Sequence record: MK250017.1
Reading direction: 5' to 3' (one strand)
Length of the DNA: 64,000 nt
Positions 42,434 to 52,361 of this stretch are shown piece by piece. The notes under the pieces were generated by a model, which had not been told where the DNA came from, did no database searches, and worked only from the letters and a program-made list of their open reading frames with translations. A program made the position numbers and the translations under genes. The number at the start of each line of letters is the position of its first letter. Position 1 is the stretch's first letter.

Positions 42434-43555
42434 ATGGAAAATTCAAATGTAGCAATGTTTAATGATAAGGGTCAGGTAGAAACCCTTACTCAAAGTCAGT
42501 ATAACTATGATCAGCGAATTGCTGTTATGTCTGCTGATGAGAAAGCAAAGTATTTACAGAAGACGGAGAAGCTGGACCGTCATGATATGACTACAGTGAC
42601 TTCATATGGTAAAGAATTGAGTTCTGTTATTTCCCGTAATGGCGATAATCTTCTTAATTCTGTTCGTGGAGATAATTCGTCTGTGGTTGTACAGCTTACA
42701 AATGAACTTCTTAGTCAGCTTAATCTTATTGATATTGATGAGATTAATACTAATACTCGATGGAAGAAATTCTGGAGAAACTTCCCTATTATTGGGAAGA
42801 TGATGACTTCTGTTGAGTCTATTATGACTAAGTATGATACTATTAAAGATAGTGTTACAAAGATTGGTGAAAAGATTGATACTGCACGTACAGTTGCATT
42901 ACGTGATAATTCAACACTTAATCAGATTTTTGACGCTAATGTTTCATATATTGAGCAAATTCGTGAACTTATTCTTGCTGCAAAGATTCGTGAACAGGCA
43001 GTTAAGGATGAACTTGAAAATATGAAGGCTCATGCTAATGATTATGAGATGTATGAGATTAATGATACACAAAATTTCGTTAATCAAATTCAGAAGAAGA
43101 TTGTTGATATGGAAACAACTGAATATGTTTTGACACAGAATCTTCTTCAGATCCGTGCAACACAGCAGAATAATGTTGCAATCGCAGATAAGTCTGATAA
43201 TATTGTAAATAATGTTTTGCCATTGTGGAAGAATCAGATTTCTATCAGTATTATTATGAATAATCAGAAGAATTCTATTGAGGCACAGCAAAAGATTACT
43301 GATACAACTAATAAGATTTTGCGTGAGAATGCAAAGGCACTTCATATGAATTCTGTTAATGTTGCTAAGGCAAGTGAAGAGTCTGTTATTAAGCTTGATA
43401 CACTTAAGGACACTACACAGGAACTTATTCAGACAATTCAGGAAGTTAAGAATATTCATGATCGTGGAGCAGAAGAGCGTAAGGAATATGAATCTCATTT
43501 GCGTGAGTTTGCACGTCAACTTGAAATTTCATTAACAGATAACGATAATAAGTAA
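42434..43555 (+). CDS. telA: toxic anion resistance protein, TelA/KlaA family (373 aa)
   Basis: All-helical; YGKEL, IQKKIVDMETT, QIRATQQNN, VLPLWKNQI family-like motifs; TAG-free. Confidence 0.8.
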   Translation: MENSNVAMFNDKGQVETLTQSQYNYDQRIAVMSADEKAKYLQKTEKLDRHDMTTVTSYGKELSSVISRNGDNLLNSVRGDNSSVVVQLTNELLSQLNLIDIDEINTNTRWKKFWRNFPIIGKMMTSVESIMTKYDTIKDSVTKIGEKIDTARTVALRDNSTLNQIFDANVSYIEQIRELILAAKIREQAVKDELENMKAHANDYEMYEINDTQNFVNQIQKKIVDMETTEYVLTQNLLQIRATQQNNVAIADKSDNIVNNVLPLWKNQISISIIMNNQKNSIEAQQKITDTTNKILRENAKALHMNSVNVAKASEESVIKLDTLKDTTQELIQTIQEVKNIHDRGAEERKEYESHLREFARQLEISLTDNDNK

Positions 43556-43560
43556 ATAGT

Positions 43561-43965
43561 ATGGGATGGTTTTTAATGGAAGCAGAACCAAAGAAAACAG
43601 AACTTACTACAAATAAGGAACAAGAGCAAGAAGCATATATTGAGCCTTCTGTTGAAGTAACAAAACAGGATGCAAAAAATAATGCTAAAGCTCTTGTAAA
43701 AAAGAAGTTTGTTGTTGGTAAGAAATATATGCTTAGACAGAAATCTGTTTGTGGTTCTAGAGAGATTATAAAGAAATATGTATGTAAGAAATTTATTTAT
43801 ACAGTAAAAGATGAACTTCTTAATATACTTATTCTTAAGCAGGTAGAAGGTCCAAAAGGAACAATTTTTACATTAAACCGTAATGATTGTAAGCGTTATC
43901 ATATTAAATATGAACCAGGCCTTCAAGTATTTTCTATGGAATTTAATTGGATTCCATGTAAGTAA
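43561..43965 (+). CDS. hypothetical protein (134 aa)
   Basis: ATG-TAA ORF. Confidence 0.7.
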   Translation: MGWFLMEAEPKKTELTTNKEQEQEAYIEPSVEVTKQDAKNNAKALVKKKFVVGKKYMLRQKSVCGSREIIKKYVCKKFIYTVKDELLNILILKQVEGPKGTIFTLNRNDCKRYHIKYEPGLQVFSMEFNWIPCK

Positions 43966-44058
43966 AAAAATAAATTGAAATAATATAGACTTTATTTAAA
44001 TTATAGAGTAATATATTTACAATTAAGTTAATCAAATAACAAATAAAGAAAATAATTT

Positions 44059-44499
44059 ATGTCAAAAAATAAATTTATTAAGCTTCATTCAAAAGAAGAT
44101 AATAGTGTTATTATTGCAAGAATTTCAAAGATTAGTCTTGTAACTACAGATAATGATTATTCTGGTAAAATGACAACTGTATATTTTGATGATGAAAATA
44201 TTGATTCAATTACAGTTAATGAAACACCAGAGAAGATTTATCAAAATATTGTAGAGTTGGATAATACAGATTTTTTGAAACTTCATTCAAGTGATGATAA
44301 TGCAGTTATGATTGTAAACACAGAGATTATTTCTGTTATTTCACAATCAGAAGAGGATGGAAAGAATGTAACTACAATGTATTTCAATAATGAATCTATT
44401 GAATCAGCTTCATTTAATGAATCTCCTGAACGTATTTATAAGATGATGGAGATTACTAATAATGATGTGGTTACATCAGATAATAATGAAACTAAGTAA
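44059..44499 (+). CDS. protein with two tandem ~65-aa repeats, FlbD-like (146 aa)
   Basis: FIKLHSKEDN...TTVYFDDENIDSITVNETPEKIY repeated as FLKLHSSDDN...TTMYFNNESIESASFNESPERIY. Confidence 0.65.
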   Translation: MSKNKFIKLHSKEDNSVIIARISKISLVTTDNDYSGKMTTVYFDDENIDSITVNETPEKIYQNIVELDNTDFLKLHSSDDNAVMIVNTEIISVISQSEEDGKNVTTMYFNNESIESASFNESPERIYKMMEITNNDVVTSDNNETK

Positions 44500-45083
44500 T
44501 TATAGTTAAAGATATACGTTTATAAAAAATAGTAGTATAACTGAATCTATAGGCTAAACCAATATGTTTTTATAAACATTCCCTTTATTAGATAAGTAGC
44601 AAATATATTAATAATGAGAATATAGCTATGAATGTATATATGTTTACAATTATAAATAGAATAATTTAGATATAATATAGTAAAAATTATAAATAAAGTA
44701 ACATATATATTTCTAATAATTTTTATGAATCTAATAAAAACATGAATTAGATACTATTTATTAGTTACTTCAGTTTATTATGAAGGTATTATTGAAACTT
44801 TAATTTAATAGTACGATGATATTATACCCTCGAAAGTTAATTTGAAGATTGTGAAATAATATATTGGAATTGAAAATGATAAGAATATTATTTATAAAGA
44901 ATATTACATTGTAATATTTAATATCGATATTATAATTTGAAAATGATACGAAAATATATTATGGATCAGTTGGATGATTAATGAGTACAGAATGTCCCTG
45001 TATTGTGGGAGGTTATTTTAAAGTGGAGATTTTATTGGAATTTTAAATTTTGAATAATTATTAAAAACATACTATTAATTTTT

Positions 45084-45117
45084 AAAGGATATAACCCTAA
45101 AGGTTATATCCTTTTTT
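45084..45117 (+). terminator. intrinsic terminator-like hairpin
   Basis: AAAGGATATAACC / GGTTATATCCTTT followed by T-run. Confidence 0.75.
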
Positions 45118-45132
45118 ATTTAAAAATAAGTT

Positions 45133-45160
45133 AAACAATTAACATATATTTGAGTATAAT
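45133..45160 (+). promoter_or_regulatory. putative middle-class promoter
   Basis: AAACAAT 45133 and TATAAT 45155. Confidence 0.6.
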
Positions 45161-45188
45161 AATTAAACAAAAATTGATTTTTTTAAAT

Positions 45189-47228
45189 ATGCAAAAAGGT
45201 AATATTGGAGTTACTAGTTAGGATATTTTTCCATTAATCAAGAAATTTATGTATAATGATCAGGATATTTTTATCCGTGAGATCGTAAGTAATGCAGTTG
45301 ACGCATCAGAGAAGTTAATTAAAGTTATTAGTGCAAATGAGTATACAGCAAATCCAGATGATTTAAAAGTTACAGTTACTATTAATCATGAAGATAATAC
45401 TATTACTGTTTCTGATATGGGTATTGGTATGACTGCTGATGAAATAGAAAAGTACATTAATCAGATTGCATTTTCAGGAGCAAATGACTTCTTAGAGAAA
45501 TATAAGGATACACAGATTATTGGTCATTTTGGACTTGGATTTTATTCAAGCTTTATGGTAAGTTCAAAAGTTGAAATTGTATCAAAGTCATATAAAGAGA
45601 ATTCAAAAGCATGTAGATGGACATGTGAAGGAACTACAGAGTTTACACTTAAGGATGATGATAAAGAATCTGTAGGTACCGATGTAATTATGCATATTTC
45701 TGATGAATATAAGGAGTATGTAAATGAAAGTAAACTTATGGAACTTTTAAAGAAGTACGCAGAATATTTACCTATTCAAATTTATCTTAAAGATGTTCCT
45801 GCACCAACTACTGATTCATCTACCGGTGAAGTTACATATCCAGAATCACATGAAACAAAAATTACACGAGATGAACCATTGTGGTTAAAATCTGCATCAG
45901 AACTTAAAGATGAAGATTATATTAAGTTCTATAAGGAAACATTCCCTAATAGACCTGAACCACTTTTCTGGATTCATATTAATATTGATACACCGTTTAC
46001 ATTTAAGGGAATTCTTTATTTCCCTGCATTTGATCAGAAACATCCTATTTTTGAGCGTAAGCATCTTAATTTGTATTGTAATCGTGTATTTGTGACAGAT
46101 GATGTAGATGGAGTATTACCAGATTATTTGAGTCTTCTTCATGGTGTAATTGACTCTCCTGATATTCCATTGAATGTTTCTCGTTCAGTTCTTCAAAATG
46201 ATGCTAATGTTAAGAAGATTAGTTCACATATTACAAATAAGGTTATGAGTTCACTTCGTACACTTATGAAGAAAGATAGAGAAACATATGAGAAAAAGTG
46301 GGAAACAATTAAAACCTTCATTAATCTAGGCGTTGTAACAGAACCTAATATTTTTGATAAAGCAAAGGATATTATTCTTCTTGTTGATACTGATAATAAG
46401 ATGTATACTTTTGATGAATATTATGATAAAGTATCAGAAACACAGAAAGATAAAGATGGTAAAATTGTATATTTGTATACATATGATACTGCTACACAAT
46501 ATACTTATATCGATGCTTTAAAGAAATACGGTTATAATATTCTGCTGTTTAATAGTCAATATGGAGCATTTGAAGTACATACATTTGAAATGAAATTACA
46601 AGAAAAGAATGTAACATTTAAACGTATTGATGCAGATGTACCAGAAAACCTTATTAAGAAAGAAGAAGATACAACAAAGAAAGAAAAACCTGTATCTGAG
46701 AATATCAAGAGTATGTTGGTATCTATGTTTGATTGTATTGAGCTAAATCTTCCTAAAATTACACATCAGTATATTGTTCAGCAAGATGGTAAAGATGCAC
46801 TGCCTATTACTATTGTTGCAGATGAGTTCTTCCGTCGTATGAAGGAAATGTCAATGCTTAATAATGCTGGTATGTATTTGGAAAATAATGCATCTATTAA
46901 GATTATTATTAATGCAGATTCTAAAGTTGTAAAGAAGATTATTAAGATTGCAGAAAAAGAAATTGGTCAGCAAATTAATGATATTAATGAAAAAGTTAAA
47001 GATATTAATACAAGATTGGAAGCTGCTGATACAGATGATGCAAAGAATTCTATTAAAAAAGAACTTGATAACATTATTGCAGAGAAAAAGGAAATTATTA
47101 ATAAACATGCACATGCAGATAGTCATATTCATGAATTAATTGATATTGGTTTGTTACAGTATGGTTTATTATCAGGTGAAGATTTGGCAGCATTTGTTAA
47201 GAGATCTATAAAGATGATTGAAAAGTAA
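45189..47228 (+). CDS. htpG: Hsp90 chaperone HtpG, Bacteroidota type (679 aa, single TAG at codon 11)
   Basis: MQKGNIGVTS-TAG-DIFPLIKKFMY...REIVSNAVDA; DMGIGM; GHFGLGFYS; IDSPDIPLNVSRS. Confidence 0.95.
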
Positions 47229-47353
47229 TTCAATATATAAAAGAGAGTATGTTTTGTAAATAACTACTCTCTTTTTACTTTTTACAAAAGTAGACAAATA
47301 ATAAATATTAATATATAAGAAATATATTAACAAATTAAAATTAAATTAACAAA

Positions 47354-47614
47354 ATGTATCGGTATCATAATCCCTTAAAGAATTTTAATCCATTTGTGAT
47401 AACAAGTGTATTTGTATTATTTTTAATTGTAATGTTTACATTTGCAATTCCTACATTGATAAATGCAGCATCTACAATGATGAATTTTGTTGCCATTATT
47501 TTTATTTTATTTACAATTTATATATGTATTATTGTAATGAGATATTATAATGATTATTATATACGACATTATCAGAAATACAAGGAAGAAAGAGAAAAGA
47601 AAATTAAAGATTAA
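47354..47614 (+). CDS. two-TM membrane protein (86 aa)
   Basis: Two hydrophobic helices and basic tail. Confidence 0.65.
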   Translation: MYRYHNPLKNFNPFVITSVFVLFLIVMFTFAIPTLINAASTMMNFVAIIFILFTIYICIIVMRYYNDYYIRHYQKYKEEREKKIKD

Positions 47615-47639
47615 TTTATCATTTTAATTATTAAATTAT

Positions 47640-49672
47640 ATGAAGAAAATCGTATTGAATTTGATTGTCATACTAATGACATGTATGAGTTTTGTATCTT
47701 GTGCTTATGAGAGAGTTGATGCAGGATGTGAAGGTATTTATGTAAATCTTTATGGTGACGATAAAGGTGTAGGTGAAGTTAGTCTATGTACAGGGGCCGT
47801 GTGGTATTGTGTATAAATATTTCTAATAAATATATAAATAATCAAGAATAAAAATGAATTAGTAGATTTTAGATTTATTTGTAAACAAAGAATATACTGT
47901 ATAGAAAATATCAAAATATTTAAAAATAGATATAGAAATTGTTAGAAATACGTTATTGTTAAATTATTATCCTACTTTATATAGAACAAGAAAAGAAACA
48001 TTACGTATGCATGATGCAATGCTATGTTATATTAATAGTGATAGAAGTTTATTAAATATTGCTAAAGAATATAATATGGGTGATGATAATTTAGCAAAAA
48101 ATTTAAGATTATGTGGTGTAACTATTGAGGATCGTTAGCATAAACCAAAATTTAATGAAAATATATTTGATATTATTGATACAGAAGAAAAAGCGTACTG
48201 GTTAGGCTTTATATTTGCTGATGGTTATATTGAAACACCAAAACCAAATATGAAATATACATTTGAAATATGTTTATCATGTAAAGATAAACATCATTTA
48301 GAAAAATTTAATATTTTTATGTAGCATAAAAATATGAATATAAAAGTTTATACACATTTGGATAAAATAGCAAATAAAGAACGTACAAATGCTAGATGGA
48401 TTGTTGCAAATAAACATTTGTGGAATACATTAAATAATTTAGGATGTACACCTCAAAAATCATTAACATTAAAATTTCCTAATATAAAAGAAGAATTAAA
48501 ACGTCATTTTATAAGAGGATATATAGATGGTGATGGCACAATAGGATATTATGGAAAATATAATACTGTTCATTGTGAATGTATAGGAACATATGATATT
48601 TTATATAATATGTTTACATCATTAAATTTTATACCTAGAATATTTAATAAACCAAAGCGTTATAAAAAAGAAACAATGTTTTTTACAATGTCTGGTTCCA
48701 AAGCGAAAGAATTTATTAATTATATTTATAAAGATTGTAATATATATTTAGACCGAAAATATTAGAAATATATAGAAATATGCCGTCTATAATAGGAATA
48801 TTATAGATTATTAATGACCAATATCGGGGAAGTGCTGAGATGCGAATCCCGAGATAAGTTATAATTTTAAAAGATTTTAACCATCGTACAGCGTAGAAAT
48901 TGAACCTATATTATAATATAGAATAAAATATTTCCAAGAGTGGTCATCATCCCAACTGAAATAAGTGGATGAATAGGTACGCGGAACTACCCAAATATGA
49001 AGGGATAGAAATACGAATAAAAAGTCGTATGATAACAAAATTGATTGCCCCTTGACTCATGATGTATTTGAATATCCTACATATATTCAGACTGTAGATT
49101 ATCCATCATTTGAAGTTAATAGTAAAGACGGTACAAAATTTACTGTTGATCCTGCAGTTCTCGTAAAAATAGAAGATGGTAAATCACCACTTATTTTTAA
49201 AAAGTATAGAAAGCAGCTTGATGAAATTGTAAAGAATACTTTATATGTTTATATCAGAGATGCAGCACGTATTGAATTTAATAAGTATACAGCAGACCAG
49301 ATTGTATCAAATCGTGAAGCAGTAGATAAATCATTTGAGGAACGTGTAAGAAAAGGATTTGCAAGTGAACATTTTATTCTTCAGCAATTAACGCCAGGTA
49401 TTGGTTATCCTAAATCATATGAAGAAGCTATTAATGCTAAGAATAAAGCAATTCAAGATGAAATGCGTGTCAGCAATGAGATTCGTGTAGCTGAGGCAGA
49501 AGCAAAGAAAAAACTTGTTCTTGCAGAAGCAGAAGCGAAGGCAAACAAATTGAAAGAACAATCACTTACACCATTGCTTATTCAGAAAATGGCAATTGAA
49601 AAGTGGTCAGGAAATTTGCCAGATACATATGTAGGTAGTCATGGTATTCCTAATTTGATTTTAGGAAAGTAA
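47640..49672 (+). CDS. SPFH/Band 7/prohibitin family lipoprotein, join(47640..47805,49044..49672), 264 aa
   Basis: Exon 1 lipobox FVSC then ERVDAGCEGIYVNLYG; spliced junction GAVWYCPLTHDVFEYP; exon 2 AARIEFNKYT, GIGYP, EAEAKKK, AIEKWSG; 795 nt keeps frame. Confidence 0.85.
47806..49043 (+). mobile_element. group I intron (1238 nt) with LAGLIDADG ORF
   Basis: Exon ends in U, intron ends in G; P3 ATGACCA 48814 / TGGTCAT 48941; P4 TCGGG / CCCGA; P7 CAGCGTA 48889 / TACGCG 48978 with bulged A; P8 CATCC/GGATG; GNRA-capped P2. Confidence 0.88.
47854..48792 (+). CDS. intron-encoded double-motif LAGLIDADG endonuclease (312 aa, 6 TAGs)
   Basis: AYWLGFIFADGYI and HFIRGYIDGDGTI; exact TATAAATA at 47833-47840 upstream. 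Confidence 0.88.
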
Positions 49673-49796
49673 TTTTTATATTTTAATCTCTAATAATTTT
49701 CATAATTATTAGAGATTTTTTATTTTTATAAAGTAAACAAAAAGTTGTTTATCTAATAATATATATAGATTAAATAACTTTTAAATATAATTAATT

Positions 49797-49991
49797 ATGG
49801 ATTTTACAATTAAAGGAAATAATAATGAAGTATCAGTTTCTAAGGATACTATTAAGAAGTTGATAGAGCTTTTACAGCATGTAGATTGTACATGTGTATG
49901 GTCAGAACATGATAATCAATATATTAAGGTTAATGATATTCCTAATAATATTGTTGATGAACTTATTGTAAAATTGAAATTATCAAAATAA
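49797..49991 (+). CDS. hypothetical protein (64 aa)
   Basis: ATG-TAA; AAACAAA 49735 / TAATAT 49757 upstream. Confidence 0.6.
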   Translation: MDFTIKGNNNEVSVSKDTIKKLIELLQHVDCTCVWSEHDNQYIKVNDIPNNIVDELIVKLKLSK

Positions 49992-50440
49992 TGGAAGATA
50001 ATAAAGATATTGAAATTGTTGAACAACCGGTAAAGAAGAAGAGAGGACGACCACGTAAAGTACATCCTTATGAAGAATTCCAACCATATATTAAAGAAAC
50101 ATTTGCTAATTATCTCAATGATAATTATGATATGATATATTTGTTTATGAATGCAAATAAACGAATTGATAAAAGATTTTGGAATACTATATATGAACAT
50201 GTAAGAACATTGAATAATAAATTATATGAAGAATATTCTTGTGGTTTTAAATTTAATGAATATACATATAGACCAGATGTACAATGGAGAGGTATTGATG
50301 AAGTTCGTGAAACTCAACGAAAAAATGCAGTAAAGCATTTTTATGAAAACGAAAATTTAGATCCTATATATAAAGCATATATGATATTTACTCATATGAA
50401 ACTTTATATTAGTGAATCTAGTAAAGAAATGAAAGTATGA
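49991..50440 (+). CDS. hypothetical protein with AT-hook-like motif (149 aa)
   Basis: KKKRGRPRK. Confidence 0.7.
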   Translation: MEDNKDIEIVEQPVKKKRGRPRKVHPYEEFQPYIKETFANYLNDNYDMIYLFMNANKRIDKRFWNTIYEHVRTLNNKLYEEYSCGFKFNEYTYRPDVQWRGIDEVRETQRKNAVKHFYENENLDPIYKAYMIFTHMKLYISESSKEMKV

Positions 50441-51240
50441 AAATCATATCAAAATATAAGGATTTCTATGACTCATATGGATTTATTCTTGGTAAACCAG
50501 ATGAGAGTATAACTTATGTCCGTACAACAGAAGTTATAGATGATGATAATAAGCAATATAAGTCAATCATCAAGAAAATTTATGATTATGGACATTTGTA
50601 TTTTCATGTTTATGGATTTAAAGAAGATTATGTTGCATGGGTAGAAAGTGTTGTATGTGGTATATATCCTTATATATACGTATGTCCTTTTTATGTGATT
50701 ATGCAACAATTAAATAAAGGTAGAACATTTATACCTATTGATTTAAAACCTATACCAATATCAGAAGAATTTGTACATGATAAAAGTAAAAGAGAACATA
50801 TTTATAATAAGGTACAAACAAAATTTGATGAGTATTGCGATAAAAATAATATAAAAGGAAAATTACATATACAAAAAATTAGAGAAACTAATTATTCATG
50901 GTCTAATGCAAAATTTAAATTTGAAACACAAAGTTGGAAGATAGAGGAACTGGATATATTCAGAGAATTAAATGTACCAACTTTTATGTATGTAAATAAA
51001 AATGATGATATTGCAAGATATGTTAAAGATTATGGATTAACACTTAATCCAATATTTGTTAAACAAAATTTTGATGTATTAGGTGCAAATAGAACCAGAA
51101 TAATTAATGAACAGAATGTTTATATAGACATAGAAAATTTTTTGTGGGAAATGAAAAAGGAACCTGAATCAATTCCTGATAATAAAACAAAAATTATAAA
51201 TGCAGGGTTTGATTTGAAAACATCATTTAGAAATATGTAA
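50437..51240 (+). CDS. hypothetical phage protein (267 aa)
   Basis: ATGA-coupled; starts MKIISKYKDFYD, ends GFDLKTSFRNM. Confidence 0.75.
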   Translation: MKIISKYKDFYDSYGFILGKPDESITYVRTTEVIDDDNKQYKSIIKKIYDYGHLYFHVYGFKEDYVAWVESVVCGIYPYIYVCPFYVIMQQLNKGRTFIPIDLKPIPISEEFVHDKSKREHIYNKVQTKFDEYCDKNNIKGKLHIQKIRETNYSWSNAKFKFETQSWKIEELDIFRELNVPTFMYVNKNDDIARYVKDYGLTLNPIFVKQNFDVLGANRTRIINEQNVYIDIENFLWEMKKEPESIPDNKTKIINAGFDLKTSFRNM

Positions 51241-51243
51241 AAC

Positions 51244-51501
51244 ATGAGAATAGTAACAGTTAAAAATGATAAAGGTATATACATACCACCATTTATGTCT
51301 GACTTTACAAAAGAAGAGTCAGATCTTATTGGTAAATTATGGGATATATCAACTAAACATGGATACATAGCAGATTCATTAGGTGGTACACAATGTTTAG
51401 CATTAATGTATGATGAACTTCCATGTTATTTTAAAATTTTATTTAAAAATGTAGAAAGAACTGAAGTATCATATGAAGATTATGAACGAGGCTTTTGGTA
51501 A
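51244..51501 (+). CDS. hypothetical protein (85 aa)
   Basis: ATG-TAA ORF. Confidence 0.65.
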   Translation: MRIVTVKNDKGIYIPPFMSDFTKEESDLIGKLWDISTKHGYIADSLGGTQCLALMYDELPCYFKILFKNVERTEVSYEDYERGFW

Positions 51502-51508
51502 TTAATTT

Positions 51509-52225
51509 ATGAAACAAGAAAGGAAAACGGTAGTAGCAGGTCCACATATATTAAAGTTTAATATATCAGATATTAATAGAATATTTTTTACCAGTGATAT
51601 ACATGCAAATCATGCGAATATTATAAAATACTGTAATAGACCATTTACAGATGTTAATGAGATGAATCATGTATTATTTAAAAATTTAAATGATTCATTA
51701 TCAAATGTTGATAATGCTATACTTATAAATTGTGGTGATTTTATCTTTAGTAATGTAAGTACATATGATGAAATGGTTAATAATATTAAAGCTGAAAAAG
51801 TTTATAATATAATTGGTAATCATGATGTAAAAAACGTGTTACAGAGAAGAAATATAGTACCTTATAATGAAGAAAGTAAAGTATATTGGAGTACAGAACT
51901 TATTGTACAAATATATGATGATTATAAAGATAAAATACTTCTACAGTTTACAGTATCACATTATCCACATTGTGATGGACAATTCTTAGGTAAATTTAAT
52001 ATTCATGGTCATTTACATACACCAAAAAATGTAGAAGATTATACAGGTACAGATGCGAATATTGCTAAAAAGTTAAAAGAAAAAGCAATGACATATGATG
52101 TTGGCGTAGATGGAAATGATTATAAACCAGTAAAGTTAACTGATATATTAACAGGAAATTTAATTCAATATCAACTTAGAGATATTGATTTTAATTATTG
52201 GAAAAATAAAATTAAAAATATTTAA
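51509..52225 (+). CDS. calcineurin-like metallophosphoesterase (238 aa)
   Basis: FFTSDIHANH, CGDF, GNHD, SHYP, HGHLH. Confidence 0.87.
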   Translation: MKQERKTVVAGPHILKFNISDINRIFFTSDIHANHANIIKYCNRPFTDVNEMNHVLFKNLNDSLSNVDNAILINCGDFIFSNVSTYDEMVNNIKAEKVYNIIGNHDVKNVLQRRNIVPYNEESKVYWSTELIVQIYDDYKDKILLQFTVSHYPHCDGQFLGKFNIHGHLHTPKNVEDYTGTDANIAKKLKEKAMTYDVGVDGNDYKPVKLTDILTGNLIQYQLRDIDFNYWKNKIKNI

Positions 52226-52255
52226 AATATTTAAGTGCTAATAAAGTTTATTGCA

Positions 52256-52283
52256 AAACTTTATTAGCATTTTTTTGTATAAT
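52256..52283 (+). promoter_or_regulatory. putative middle-class promoter
   Basis: AAACTTT 52256 and TATAAT 52278 upstream of nrdD. Confidence 0.6.
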
Positions 52284-52361
52284 AATTAATTAATATTTTG
52301 ATATTTCATAGTATCAAAGAATAAATAAAATACCTAAAATAAAATAGAAAGAAAACTAAAT

